A stretch of DNA of 64,000 nucleotides from a virus, in IMG/VR virus record IMGVR_UViG_3300045988_090162. One strand, 5' to 3'. Below, in pieces: positions 45,915 through 56,159 of the stretch (within the stretch, counting starts at the first letter, position 1; the number at the start of each line of letters is the position of its first letter). A program made the translations under genes and the position numbers. The notes under the pieces were generated by a model. It was not told where the DNA came from, did not search any database, and was given only the letters and a program-made list of their open reading frames with translations.

Positions 45915-46575
45915 CAGTAATACTATTAAGAATCCGATTACGTTAATTGGAGAAATGGCTGGCCCTTGTTATGGTACAGATACCAGTAACGTAGAGAAGA
46001 ACTATAAGCGCGGTCTTTCTTGTATAAAAGATGGGCATTTCCGCACACTTGAATTTGGAGAAGTATGGTTTGTTCTAGAAGGGTATTCAGCAAAGGTAAT
46101 TCGAGAATTCTATACTCATAATGGTGGAGCGCCTACACGTCTACAGGCAAGTACGCGTTATATCAAATATCAAGATTTTGATTATGTAGTTCCTCCAAAA
46201 ATCGCGGTAAATGAAGATGCAAAGCAAATGTACGATTCTTGTATGAAAGCTATTGCCGAAGCTACTACTTATATGCAAAAGGAATGTGGAATTCCGCAGG
46301 AAGATGCAAATATGGTTCTTCCTCTTGGAATGACAACGACTGTTAGTTGTCGCTTCAATAGCCGCACACTTATGACAATGGCTGAACAGCGTTTATGCAC
46401 TCGTGCCTATTGGGAATTTAGACAACTAATGAGAGATATAATTGAAGCATTATCTGAGTATTCTGATGAATGGAAAACTATTTGTGATTTATTTTTTAAG
46501 TGTAAATGTGACAAAGCTGGTTATTGTCTAGAACATAAGTCATGTGGAAAATATCCTAAAAAAGTTATTGACTAA
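45886..46575 (+). CDS. thyX: flavin-dependent thymidylate synthase (ThyX-like)
   Basis: Overall ThyX-like layout with the EGYSAKVIREFYTHNGG / RFNSRTLMTMAEQR blocks; divergent, start uncertain (45886 or 45895). Confidence 0.55.
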   Translation: MVQMGKVTINSNTIKNPITLIGEMAGPCYGTDTSNVEKNYKRGLSCIKDGHFRTLEFGEVWFVLEGYSAKVIREFYTHNGGAPTRLQASTRYIKYQDFDYVVPPKIAVNEDAKQMYDSCMKAIAEATTYMQKECGIPQEDANMVLPLGMTTTVSCRFNSRTLMTMAEQRLCTRAYWEFRQLMRDIIEALSEYSDEWKTICDLFFKCKCDKAGYCLEHKSCGKYPKKVID

Positions 46576-46635
46576 GATTTAAAACATGTTATAATATGTG
46601 ATATAGATTGAAAGAAAAATTAGAAAGGAAATTGA

Positions 46636-47589
46636 ATGTTTTCAAAGACAAATAATTCATGCCATGTTGAAGGATACGTATTTTCAACTGACCGTCTTGC
46701 ACAGCGTGTCTCTAAAAAGACAAGCACTCCATTTATTAACGGTACAGTGAACATTGCAACTGATGATAAGGGTCTTAATGTTGTCCCTGTATTTTTCCGT
46801 TACGTGACCGAGACTTTTAAGAGCGGCAAGCCTAATCCCGCATGGGAGATTCTAACCGCTCTTATTGACCATGAGGGTTCAGATACTTTTGAAGCTGTCG
46901 GTACTTCTGCTATCAAGGTTCGTATTGATGGTTCTGTCGGCACAAATGATTTTGTATCTCGTGATGGTGAAGTTGTTTCTCCTAAGCGTGTCGAGGGTCA
47001 GTTTATGCACGTTATGACCAACGAGATTTCTGAGAATCCTGCGACATTCGATGTCGATATGCTGATTGCAGATGCGGCTGAGCGTGAGGTTGAAGATGGT
47101 GATGATTTTGTAAATCTTCGTGGTTATGTTTTTGATTATCGTGGTGGCATTCTTCCTGTTGACGTTAATGTCCGTTCAAAGGGTGGCATGGATTACTTCA
47201 TTGACCAAGATATTTCTAATAAGAATCCTCTTCTAACCCATATCAAGGGTTCTATCGTGTCTCAAGCCATCACGACTGAGAAGACTGAAGAATCTGCATT
47301 TGGTGACCCAGTAGTTCATAAGGTCGTTCGTCATGTTCGTTCTTGGGATGTTGCTTGGGCTGCGGTCGAACCTTATGAGTGGGATGATGAATCTACCATC
47401 ACCAAAAAGGAATTCAAGCAGAAGTTAAACGAGCGTGAAGAGCGTATGGCAGAAGTTAAGCGTAATCATGACGAGTATCAGGCTAGTCGTAACGGTGGTC
47501 AGAACTTTGCGGCAGCAAAGGTAGTCGCAAAGGTTGAAGCCCCAGCGGATGAAAACGAAGATGATGATGACGAGGCATGGCCTTTCTAG
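46636..47589 (+). CDS. ssb: single-stranded DNA-binding protein
   Basis: Acidic C-terminal tail ENEDDDDEAWPF (SSB-type D/E-rich tip ending in aromatic-P-F); RBS GAAAGGAA. Confidence 0.6.
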   Translation: MFSKTNNSCHVEGYVFSTDRLAQRVSKKTSTPFINGTVNIATDDKGLNVVPVFFRYVTETFKSGKPNPAWEILTALIDHEGSDTFEAVGTSAIKVRIDGSVGTNDFVSRDGEVVSPKRVEGQFMHVMTNEISENPATFDVDMLIADAAEREVEDGDDFVNLRGYVFDYRGGILPVDVNVRSKGGMDYFIDQDISNKNPLLTHIKGSIVSQAITTEKTEESAFGDPVVHKVVRHVRSWDVAWAAVEPYEWDDESTITKKEFKQKLNEREERMAEVKRNHDEYQASRNGGQNFAAAKVVAKVEAPADENEDDDDEAWPF

Positions 47590-47684
47590 TCAAGTAGCAG
47601 ACAATTAAATAAATAGGGGAGAGATTAAGTTCTATCCCCTATAAGATAGAAAAGGATTTAAAATGGAATTTAATTTTACGTCAT

Positions 47685-48026
47685 GTGCAGTCCTGCTGCC
47701 AAGTGCTCGGAGTGCGCCGCAAGATAGCGAATAAGTTGCGTAAAGCCGGTGAAGGGATGATTGAGAAATACATCGGAAAGGCCAGGCACTACAAGCACAA
47801 CAACGACTTGTTCTGGATATATAGAGACATCGTACTTGACGATAATGGCAATCCTGTTACGGACGATAACGGCAGACTTGTATGGCTACTGCTCAGATGG
47901 AAGGGTTGCGACAACGCTGCATGGTGGACGAAAGGGTACAAGGATTGCAAGCTGTGCCGCGATGAAGGCAAGACGTACCGCATCGACTTTACCAACTGCA
48001 ACGTCTACGAGGTCGTAAGCGAATGA
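47685..48026 (+). CDS. hypothetical protein
   Basis: 113-aa ORF. Confidence 0.45.
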   Translation: MQSCCQVLGVRRKIANKLRKAGEGMIEKYIGKARHYKHNNDLFWIYRDIVLDDNGNPVTDDNGRLVWLLLRWKGCDNAAWWTKGYKDCKLCRDEGKTYRIDFTNCNVYEVVSE

Positions 48027-48051
48027 GCTGTGGAGCGAAGGCGGTAAGCAA

Positions 48052-48369
48052 ATGCTAACAGCGGATGAAGTCAAGTTCCTAAAGGAGCTTCAAGACAAAT
48101 TGAATACGCAAGAGACGTTTTGTCAAGCGGACCCACGTTTCTGGGTAGTTGAGCAGGATCGCTGGTACACATGCCCAAAGGGCTACGAAGACCGCGTTGT
48201 TGTCGTAGACAACGAAGGGTGTGACACAATGACTCTTGGGCAGGGCGTGAAAGTAGCATTTTCTAGCATCCAAGCGAAGTTTAGCAGCGAGGACGCAACT
48301 GAGTGGCTAAGCAATTGGGGACATAGCACTTGCCGCCGAGATAATGTTATTTATCTAAATCGTATTTAA
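48052..48369 (+). CDS. hypothetical protein
   Basis: 105-aa ORF. Confidence 0.45.
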   Translation: MLTADEVKFLKELQDKLNTQETFCQADPRFWVVEQDRWYTCPKGYEDRVVVVDNEGCDTMTLGQGVKVAFSSIQAKFSSEDATEWLSNWGHSTCRRDNVIYLNRI

Positions 48370-48417
48370 TAGTAGATAGCAAAAGATTAAACCAAGAGAG
48401 AAAAGAGAAAGCAATAT

Positions 48418-49434
48418 ATGTCAATTGATATTTTTAATATTGAACCTCACAAAGTTAGTCGTTCGCTAGAGGGCTATACAATCATGTTTTACGGTGAGCC
48501 TAAGACTGGAAAAACATCAACAGCAGCCAAATTTCCAAAAGCCTTACTATTAGGTTTTGAGGTTGGCTATCTAGCAATTGGCGGCGTAAAACCGCAACCT
48601 ATTAACAAATGGTCTGAATTTAAACAGGTTCTAAAGCAGCTAAAAGACCCGAAAGCTCATGAGCTATACAGCAATATTATTATTGATACTGCTGACATTG
48701 CTTATGACCTTTGTGAAAAGTACATCTGCAATCAGGCTGGAGTCTCGGCTGTGAATGAGCTACCTTATGGTCAGGGGTGGTCTAAAACTAGTAAAGAGTT
48801 CGATGAATGTCTTCGTTCCATTCCTCAGATGGGCTATGGTCTAGTAATGATTTCACATAGTCAAGACAAGACTTTTACTGATGAAAATGGTAGTGAATAT
48901 AACCAGATTGTTCCTACTCTTGGCAATCGTCCGCGTCTAATCGTTGACCGAATGAGTGACGTTATCGGTTACGCCCATCCAGTAGAAGAGGAAGATGGCC
49001 GCACTCATACTGTTCTGTATATGCGCGGAACCCCTCGATTCGTAGCTGGTTCTCGATTTAAGTATACGCCTGATTCTATTGACTTCACCTATGACAATCT
49101 TGTCAAGGCTATTGGTGATGCAATTGATAAGCAGGCAGAGGAAGATGCTGGAAAATTCGTGACTGATGCACGCACTACTGCTTATGACATTAATGATGGA
49201 CCTGACTTTGAAGCTATGAAGAATGAGTTCAAAGAACTAACTGTCAAGATTCAACACAGTGTTTCTAAGGATGAATTCAAGAAGTCTTGGGCGCCTAAGA
49301 TTATCGAAATTACAGATAAGTATCTCGGTGTCGGCAAGAAGGTCAATGACTGTACTGCTAAGCAAGCTGAACAGCTTTCACTTATCCTTGATGACCTTAA
49401 AGACTTACTGTCTAATGGAATTGATGTAGCTTAA
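48418..49434 (+). CDS. Sak4-like (AAA_24/RecA-fold) recombination ATPase
   Basis: IMFYGEPKTGKTSTAA Walker A near the N-terminus, hydrophobic Walker B IIIDTAD. Confidence 0.65.
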   Translation: MSIDIFNIEPHKVSRSLEGYTIMFYGEPKTGKTSTAAKFPKALLLGFEVGYLAIGGVKPQPINKWSEFKQVLKQLKDPKAHELYSNIIIDTADIAYDLCEKYICNQAGVSAVNELPYGQGWSKTSKEFDECLRSIPQMGYGLVMISHSQDKTFTDENGSEYNQIVPTLGNRPRLIVDRMSDVIGYAHPVEEEDGRTHTVLYMRGTPRFVAGSRFKYTPDSIDFTYDNLVKAIGDAIDKQAEEDAGKFVTDARTTAYDINDGPDFEAMKNEFKELTVKIQHSVSKDEFKKSWAPKIIEITDKYLGVGKKVNDCTAKQAEQLSLILDDLKDLLSNGIDVA

Positions 49435-49440
49435 TTCTAA

Positions 49441-49470
49441 AGACCGTCCATAATTGGGCGGTCTTTTTTA
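49441..49470 (+). terminator. rho-independent terminator
   Basis: AGACCGTCCATAATTGGGCGGTCTTTTTTA. Confidence 0.7.
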
Positions 49471-49499
49471 TTGACAAAATCTCCTGAATATGTTATAAT
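49471..49499 (+). promoter_or_regulatory. sigma70 promoter TTGACA-N17-(TG)TTATAAT
   Basis: ttgacaaaatctcctgaatatgttataat. Confidence 0.65.
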
Positions 49500-49523
49500 T
49501 ATATTATAAAGTTAGGAGAAAAT

Positions 49524-50042
49524 ATGGCAAAACAAAGACTTGTTAAATGTCCATATTGCGGCCAAATGATTGACCGTGATTGTGAGTTTGATTGGAACAA
49601 GATTGGCAACCGATATTGGCATGATGAATGTTATACCAAAAGCCAAGAGGAAAAAGAAAAGAATAAAGATAAGCTGAAAAAGCAACGAGAAGCAGTTATG
49701 AAAATGGCTGGAAAATATCTTGGGGTATATATAGATTATCAAAAGGTAGCCTTAAATATGGGGCAACTTATTCAAGCTGGCGTTACATATGAGCAAATGG
49801 CTAAGTCTTTAAAATATTGGTATGAGGTAAAACATAACGACCCGAGTAGGTCGAATGGCGGTATATGGATTGTCAAATCAATTTATATCGAAGCGGAAAA
49901 CTATTTCAAGCGATTGGAAGAGATTAGAACTGTACAGAGTGAAGAGCAAGTGAATACAGATATTACAGATGAACATCGTGTATTTGTGCGACCAAGAGAC
50001 GTAAATATCTATAGAAAAAAGCCACGTTTCAATTTGGAATAG
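49524..50042 (+). CDS. zinc-ribbon protein
   Basis: CPYCGQ...CEFDW...C N-terminus; 172 aa. Confidence 0.5.
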   Translation: MAKQRLVKCPYCGQMIDRDCEFDWNKIGNRYWHDECYTKSQEEKEKNKDKLKKQREAVMKMAGKYLGVYIDYQKVALNMGQLIQAGVTYEQMAKSLKYWYEVKHNDPSRSNGGIWIVKSIYIEAENYFKRLEEIRTVQSEEQVNTDITDEHRVFVRPRDVNIYRKKPRFNLE

Positions 50043-50054
50043 AAGGGAGGATAT

Positions 50055-50738
50055 TTGATTAGTAAATACTATGATTCTGTCGCGGCATTACAGGTAATTG
50101 GATGTTGTATGCGGAAACCCGAATACTTAGCAGCAGATGGACAATACTTCTTTTCAGAACACGACTTTTGCAATGATTTACATAAGGTAGTATTTGGTGC
50201 GTTATATAGTCTATATAACGCAGGTGTAACCGACCATCTTGCGCGAGAAATTGAAAATTATCTTAAAGATAAGCCAAAAGCATATGCAGTTTATAAAGCC
50301 AATAAAGGTCGAGAGTGGATGTTTGAAACTCATGCAAATGCCCACTTAGATGCTTTTGAGTATTATTATAATCGTCTAAAGAAAATGTCTCTACTTCGCG
50401 CATATGATGATGTTGGCGTAGATGTATCTGATATTTATGACCCTGATAATATCTTAGATTCTGCAAAGAAGCAAGCGCAAGACGAGTACCTTGACGGCAC
50501 GACATTAGAGCAATTAGCAGATGATGTAGAAGGTAAATTTTATTTTATCAGGGATTTATATGTAGACAATAACGATAATGACTCTGTTGCTATTGGTGAT
50601 AATGTCCAAAAGATTGTAGATGAATTAGCACAGCATCCTGCTCGTGGTTGGGCAATGTATGATTTATATGAAGATGCAATCGCTATGGGCGCACGACCTG
50701 GCCGCTTTTATCTAAGAAGTGCAGCAACAGGTGTCGGT
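50055..50738 (+). CDS. dnaB: DnaB-like replicative helicase, exon 1 (N-terminal domain to first half of Walker A)
   Basis: DnaB N-domain; ends ...GARPGRFYLRSAATGVG with the exon terminating in U (ggT) at 50738. Confidence 0.6.
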
Positions 50739-50969
50739 AGAATGATTTGCCGACAATAAACTGGGGAGAAAATCTGGAACCCTAAACCAAAAGGCAAGGG
50801 AATCAGAGGTGAAGGTTAATTTTAAATTAATCAGCCGCAACGCATAGCAGGTGAAAAGATATAATCCTGCCACGAGGCCCCAGCTTTCTTTACAAGAAAG
50901 AAAAGATATGCTGAACTTGCGGGAAACTGTAAGAGCTGTAGGATAAAAAGCCTACAGGGTAACAAATTG
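50739..50969 (+). mobile_element. candidate small ORF-less group I intron in the dnaB helicase gene
   Basis: P1: exon 3' UGUCGGU pairs with intron GCCGACA (50749-55) including a terminal U·G; intron ends in G (50969); internal hairpins CTTTCTTT-ACAA-GAAAGAAA and CTGTAGG-ataaaaag-CCTACAG; splicing yields AATGVGKSRTG (Walker A). Confidence 0.5.
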
Positions 50970-51848
50970 AAATCAAGAACTGGTGTTGCCGATGCTTGCT
51001 TCTTTTCATGTTCTGAATATTATTCAGATGAAGGTAAATGGGAGCGTTTATATAATCGAGTACCTACTTTATATATTTCGGTAGAATTAGACATTGAAGA
51101 GCTTACAACTATGGCGCTGGCTTTTATTGGTAATATTCCAGAAGACCATATCGTTGAAATGGATTTACTTACTTTTGACGAGGAAGAGAGATTAAAGAAA
51201 GCAGTACAGATTCTAGAAGAAGCGCCACTTCGTATGGAATATCTTCCTAACTATGGTATGAAAGATGTTGAGAATTGTATCAAACGCAATATGCGCAAAT
51301 ACAAATATCCACGAGTAGATGAACAAGGCAATACAGATTACCTAACTTTTCAATGTGTTGTCTTTGACTATCTAACTTCATCCATTAAGATGATTGAGGA
51401 AATCTCACATGGAACTGGAATGAAAGTACGCGAGGACCAAATTCTATTCCTTATGTCATCTAAACTTAAAGAAATAGCTGTCGAGAACAATGTCTTTCTT
51501 TTGTCAAGCACTCAAATTAATGGTAGTTATCGTCAAGAGAAAATTCTAGACCAGAACATGTTAGCTGGCGCAAAATCAATCGCAAACCGAATCGACTACG
51601 GTGAAATCATGGTCGATTGTACAGATGAAGATATTCAAGATATTGAAGGTGTTTTGGCGCAGCATCCCGGCATGTGTCCACCAAATGTAAAAAGAAGTGT
51701 ATATAAGAATCGACGAGGGAAATTCAATCGTGTTATTTGTTGGATGCGCGCGAATAAAGGCACTTGTCGATATAAGACTTTATTTGTAACTGACTTTTCT
51801 TTTAAACCAATAGACAAAGATGAAATCTTCCAAAAGAAGAAAGAATAG
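50970..51848 (+). CDS. dnaB: DnaB-like replicative helicase, exon 2 (RecA-like domain)
   Basis: KSRTG completes Walker A; H1a SVELD, Walker B VVFDYL, H3 SSTQINGS, H4 SYRQE. Confidence 0.6.
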   Translation, partial: KSRTGVADACFFSCSEYYSDEGKWERLYNRVPTLYISVELDIEELTTMALAFIGNIPEDHIVEMDLLTFDEEERLKKAVQILEEAPLRMEYLPNYGMKDVENCIKRNMRKYKYPRVDEQGNTDYLTFQCVVFDYLTSSIKMIEEISHGTGMKVREDQILFLMSSKLKEIAVENNVFLLSSTQINGSYRQEKILDQNMLAGAKSIANRIDYGEIMVDCTDEDIQDIEGVLAQHPGMCPPNVKRSVYKNRRGKFNRVICWMRANKGTCRYKTLFVTDFSFKPIDKDEIFQKKKE

Positions 51849-51851
51849 GAG

Positions 51852-52931
51852 GTGCGGGAATTGGGATACGATAAAGCAAAGGTAAAAGAATCAATTGAGC
51901 CAGAAAACGTATATGATATTCTAGAATACTTTGGCGCAGAACCAGAAATGTATTCTGATTATATTATTTCCCGCACGATTTGTCACAATGGCATTGGTGA
52001 AGGTTCAAAGAAACTATATTATTATTTTGAGAATAGCATGTTTAATTGCTATACCGAGTGCGGCGCATTTGATATTTTTGAACTTGTTGAGAAAGTTAAG
52101 AATGTAGATTTAAATTCCGCAATCTATTTCGTGGTTAATTTCTTAAATCTTCAAATTGATTTAGATAATGATATTGATTTAAAAGATAGTCAAGAAGACT
52201 GGAAAATATTCAATAGATATAAAGAGCAAAAAGATGTAAATGTCAATGATAATACCATTGAGTTGCCAGAATATGATATATCTATTATTCAGCATTATCC
52301 TCAACCTATTATTTCCTCTTGGTCTAATATCTCAAAAGAGGTGTGTGATTTTGCGCAAATTCATTATGACCCTCTTAGCGGTAATATCCTTATTCCGCAC
52401 TTCGACCAGAACGATAGGTGCGTAGGTATTCGACAGAGAACTATTATTAAAGAGCAAGAAAAAAAGGGAAAATACAAACCTTGGCGAGTCCACGGTGAAC
52501 TTTATAATCATGCTCTTGGCTTTAACTTGTATGGCCTTAATTGGGCTAAAGAAAGAATTAGAGAAATACAAACTGCGGTTGTAGCCGAATCAGAAAAGTC
52601 GGTTCTTGCCTATATGTCATATTATGGTACAGGTAATAATATTTGTGTTGCAACATGCGGTAGTTCCTTGTCTAAGTATCAGTTCAAACTTCTTAAAGAT
52701 GCAGGATGTAAAGAAATTGTTATCGCATTTGACCATGACTTTGATGAATATGGTTCAGATGAAAGTCTAAAGGTTGAAGAAAAGATTGCCAAGATTGGTA
52801 ACAAATACAAACCGTATATGAACATGTCTGTAGTTTTCGATAGAGAGAATATTCTAGGATATAAGGCAAGTCCATTAGACCAAGGTAAAGATGTATTCAT
52901 GTATCTATTTAAGAATAGGATTATGTTATAA
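51852..52931 (+). CDS. DnaG-like DNA primase (zinc finger + TOPRIM)
   Basis: CHNG...NCYTEC zinc-binding block and a TOPRIM-like core; the true start may be TTG at 51861 (RBS AGGAGGTG). Confidence 0.6.
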   Translation: MRELGYDKAKVKESIEPENVYDILEYFGAEPEMYSDYIISRTICHNGIGEGSKKLYYYFENSMFNCYTECGAFDIFELVEKVKNVDLNSAIYFVVNFLNLQIDLDNDIDLKDSQEDWKIFNRYKEQKDVNVNDNTIELPEYDISIIQHYPQPIISSWSNISKEVCDFAQIHYDPLSGNILIPHFDQNDRCVGIRQRTIIKEQEKKGKYKPWRVHGELYNHALGFNLYGLNWAKERIREIQTAVVAESEKSVLAYMSYYGTGNNICVATCGSSLSKYQFKLLKDAGCKEIVIAFDHDFDEYGSDESLKVEEKIAKIGNKYKPYMNMSVVFDRENILGYKASPLDQGKDVFMYLFKNRIML

Positions 52932-53158
52932 TGGGTGTTACAATTGGACAAATCGTAATTTTAATACTTGTGCTTATGTCTCCGATTCTTTTATGCCTTG
53001 CTATCATTGCAGCTTGTATTATTATAGATAAATGGATAGATATTATATTTTATCCTTTTGAGATTCTTCGTGATAAAATTGATAATTATAGGCAGCGAAA
53101 AGATTTAGAATCATGGTGGGAAGAAAACGAAAATAGCCAAGAGGATGATATAGTATAA
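52931..53158 (+). CDS. small membrane protein
   Basis: 75 aa with one long hydrophobic helix. Confidence 0.4.
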   Translation: MGVTIGQIVILILVLMSPILLCLAIIAACIIIDKWIDIIFYPFEILRDKIDNYRQRKDLESWWEENENSQEDDIV

Positions 53159-53359
53159 CAGAAGATGATAAACTAAAGATTCTAAGTTATCGCCGTAAAC
53201 ATAAGCGCTGTCGATATTGTAAATATTATTTCTATCCATATGTGCCGCATGAGCTAAAATTGACTAGCACTTTTCCTCCTGAATGTGCTGTTAAAGATAA
53301 AAAGATTTATCCTTTTATTCTTGGTTTTAAAACATTAGCAGGATGTATGTGCAAAGAGT

Positions 53360-55120
53360 TTGGAGTTGATGAAAATAGATTATAAATTATATAAACCAAC
53401 ATTAGATAGCTTGACACCTCAACAACAAATTTTATATAATAGAGATATTCCAGTAGAAGAACAAAGCAATTGGCTTAATGCCTATTGGAATGACGTAAAT
53501 GATTTTCATCTACTAAAGAATATTAAAGACGCGGCTGGAATGATTATCGATCATTGCATGTATACAAGTTCTAAAATTACCATTCTTCAAGACTGTGATT
53601 GCGATGGATTGACTTCAAGTGCGATTATAGCTAATTACATTCATCGTATTTGTAGCAAGGAACCGACCATTTTAATCCACGAAGGAAAAGTTCATGGACT
53701 TGCAGACATTAATTTAGACAATATTATAAAGACTACAAGTCTTCTTATTATCCCAGACGCGGCAAGCAATGATTATGAACAGCTTAAATATTTACATAAT
53801 AATGGTGTAGATATTGTAATCGCCGACCACCACCATTGTGAAAAATATTCCGAGGATGCTATTGTAGTAAATAATCAATTAGACGATTATCCTAATAAGA
53901 GTTTTTGCGGCGCAGGTGTTACATGGCAGCTTTGTCGTCAGATGGATGAAATGTGCCATTTTGATTATGCAAATGACTTGGTTGACTTATGCGCTCTTGG
54001 TCTTTGTGGTGATATGATGGATTACCATGAGAAAGAAGTGAGAGCGCTCGTTAATATCGGTTACGCCAATGTTAAAAATAAATTCTTTAAAGCATTTGTA
54101 GATAAACAAGAATTCTCTTTAAATAAGATGAATGGACTTAATTATCTCAGCTCTAGCTTTTACGTAGTTCCTTATATTAATGCATGTTGTCGAACTGGTG
54201 AAATGGTAGAGAAACGTCTTCTTCTTAGTGCTCTCTTGGATTATAAGTGTGATACAATGATTCCATCATCCAAGAGAGGTGAAAAAGGTAAAGAAGTTCC
54301 TATCTGGCAAGAAGCCATTACCGTTATTGAACGAGTGAAACGTAGACAGACTAAGCTACAAGACGAAGCTATGGAATTCTTTGAGTACCAAATTCAAACC
54401 AAAAAGCTAACAAATAATGCTATCATTGCTTGCGTATGCGGCAAAGACGATGCTGAACCAGGAATCTTGGGATTAATCGCAAATAAAATCCAAGCCAAAT
54501 ACCAGCATCCTACATTGGTCTTGCAGGAAGTTGAAGAGGAAGACGGGGTGCATCTAAAAGGGTCTGCTCGTAATTATTCTTATTGTCCTGTTGAAGATAT
54601 GCGTAGTCTTTGTGAAGACACTGGTGTTGTCGATTATGCTGCCGGGCACGGGTCTGCGTTTGGCTTGTCCTTGCCTTTAGAGAACTTTTATGAGTTCTTA
54701 GACAAGACCAATGAGCAATACAAAGGTGTCGATTTTAAGCCTGTCTATCTCGTTGATTATGTTTGGAATTATGATAGAGTCAATCCCAAATATATTCTAG
54801 ATATTGCAGAACTAAATATTTATGGTCAAGATATTCCAGAGTCTAAAGTTGTGGTAGAAGATATTGCATTAGATAATGTTAATGTCCAGCTTCTAGGTGA
54901 AGCAAAAGGACATCCTACTATTAAAATTTCTCTACCTTCTGGTGTAGATATTATGAAATTCAAATCTTCTAGAGAAGAATTTGAAGAATGGACAAGTGGT
55001 GAAAAGAAACTAACCATTGTAGGTAAATGTTCAAAAAATTCTTGGATGGGAAACATTACACCGCAAATTCTAATTGATGATTTTGAATTAGAAGATTATG
55101 AAGAGGAATGGGTATTTTAA
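53360..55120 (+). CDS. DHH-family phosphoesterase (RecJ-like ssDNA exonuclease)
   Basis: DHH motifs ILQDCDCDGLTS and IVIADHHHCEKY. Confidence 0.65.
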   Translation: MELMKIDYKLYKPTLDSLTPQQQILYNRDIPVEEQSNWLNAYWNDVNDFHLLKNIKDAAGMIIDHCMYTSSKITILQDCDCDGLTSSAIIANYIHRICSKEPTILIHEGKVHGLADINLDNIIKTTSLLIIPDAASNDYEQLKYLHNNGVDIVIADHHHCEKYSEDAIVVNNQLDDYPNKSFCGAGVTWQLCRQMDEMCHFDYANDLVDLCALGLCGDMMDYHEKEVRALVNIGYANVKNKFFKAFVDKQEFSLNKMNGLNYLSSSFYVVPYINACCRTGEMVEKRLLLSALLDYKCDTMIPSSKRGEKGKEVPIWQEAITVIERVKRRQTKLQDEAMEFFEYQIQTKKLTNNAIIACVCGKDDAEPGILGLIANKIQAKYQHPTLVLQEVEEEDGVHLKGSARNYSYCPVEDMRSLCEDTGVVDYAAGHGSAFGLSLPLENFYEFLDKTNEQYKGVDFKPVYLVDYVWNYDRVNPKYILDIAELNIYGQDIPESKVVVEDIALDNVNVQLLGEAKGHPTIKISLPSGVDIMKFKSSREEFEEWTSGEKKLTIVGKCSKNSWMGNITPQILIDDFELEDYEEEWVF

Positions 55121-55366
55121 ATGAAACTTCAAATTGAAGAAGCAGAGCTTAGAAATCTTGCGCATAAGGCATCACGTTATGATATTATTATGGATGCTCT
55201 TATTCGTGAGAAGTTTGGCAAAGTTGATATTTATAGTGACTGGGAAATGACTGAAAGCTATATGCAAGACATTATCAATCAGCAGCCAAGTGATATTGGG
55301 CCAGTAGATGAAGATAGGATTAAAGCAGACCGAGACTGGATGGATAAACATCCTGACTTTTTTTAA
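55121..55366 (+). CDS. hypothetical protein
   Basis: 81-aa ORF, ATGA overlap. Confidence 0.45.
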   Translation: MKLQIEEAELRNLAHKASRYDIIMDALIREKFGKVDIYSDWEMTESYMQDIINQQPSDIGPVDEDRIKADRDWMDKHPDFF

Positions 55367-55381
55367 GAATTGTAATTAAAT

Positions 55382-55420
55382 AAAAGCCCTCTAGTTTTTG
55401 TTTGACTAGAGGGCTTTTTT
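55382..55420 (+). terminator. rho-independent terminator whose descending arm contains the next promoter's -35
   Basis: AAAAGCCCTCTAGtttttgtttgaCTAGAGGGCTTTTTT; TTGACT (55402) - N17 - TATAAT (55425). Confidence 0.65.
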
Positions 55421-55470
55421 ATGTTATAATGTATTTATACAAAGTCCAATAGAAAGGAGTAGCATAGATT

Positions 55471-55884
55471 ATGCGAATGGCAAAGTGTCCTATGTGCGGG
55501 CAGCATAATGTCAACGGTTTTAAAAAGAACAACAAATGGTATTCAACTTGTTATAATAAAGAGTGCCGTTATACTACTGAGGTTGGTATGCCAACACGCA
55601 AAATGAGTCGTTTTAGTTGGAATCTGAACTATGAGCGTTTGACTGGCGAGACTCTTCCCGATGAAATGACTGGTCGGCAGCAGGGCGCTTATATGAAAAA
55701 GGAGATTCGTTGCGGTGTACCCGAACTAGTCCAGTGTTTCACCCAAGAAGACTTTGAGAACTGGGAACAGACTTATGACTACTCAAAAATTGACTGGGTT
55801 AAGGAAAATGGTAAGAAAGCCGGAGCAGCCCGCCGTAAAACTCGTGCCAAAGAACGTGCGGAAAAGGGACAGAAATGCAAATAG
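55471..55884 (+). CDS. zinc-ribbon protein
   Basis: CPMCGQ...CYNKEC N-terminus and basic C-terminus; RBS AAAGGAG. Confidence 0.5.
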   Translation: MRMAKCPMCGQHNVNGFKKNNKWYSTCYNKECRYTTEVGMPTRKMSRFSWNLNYERLTGETLPDEMTGRQQGAYMKKEIRCGVPELVQCFTQEDFENWEQTYDYSKIDWVKENGKKAGAARRKTRAKERAEKGQKCK

Positions 55885-56159
55885 ATGTGCTTTACGAAGT
55901 TATTGTGCCTGAGCATATGGATAAGCAACTTAAAATAGGTCGGCCAGGATATTATGAAGACGCTGGATTCTTTTCTGGTTATCGTTATGTCCCAGCAGTT
56001 TCCTGCAACTTTGGAGCCTGTAATAGTTTCTGAAAAGCGATATATTTTTGAAAAAAGAAAAAAGGCTAAAAAGTTTTGTTTAGAGCATAATTATCCGTTT
56101 GAATATATTCATAAACGAAAATGCTAAATATAACATTCTACATATAACGAAGGACGGTG

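Noticed and set aside
50739-50969. Intein or programmed frameshift as the explanation for the split DnaB helicase
   Set aside because: The insert has in-frame stops in the exon frame (so not an intein), and the downstream exon is in a different frame with no slippery site. Exon-end U, P1 pairing with a U·G pair, and a terminal G fit a group I intron far better.
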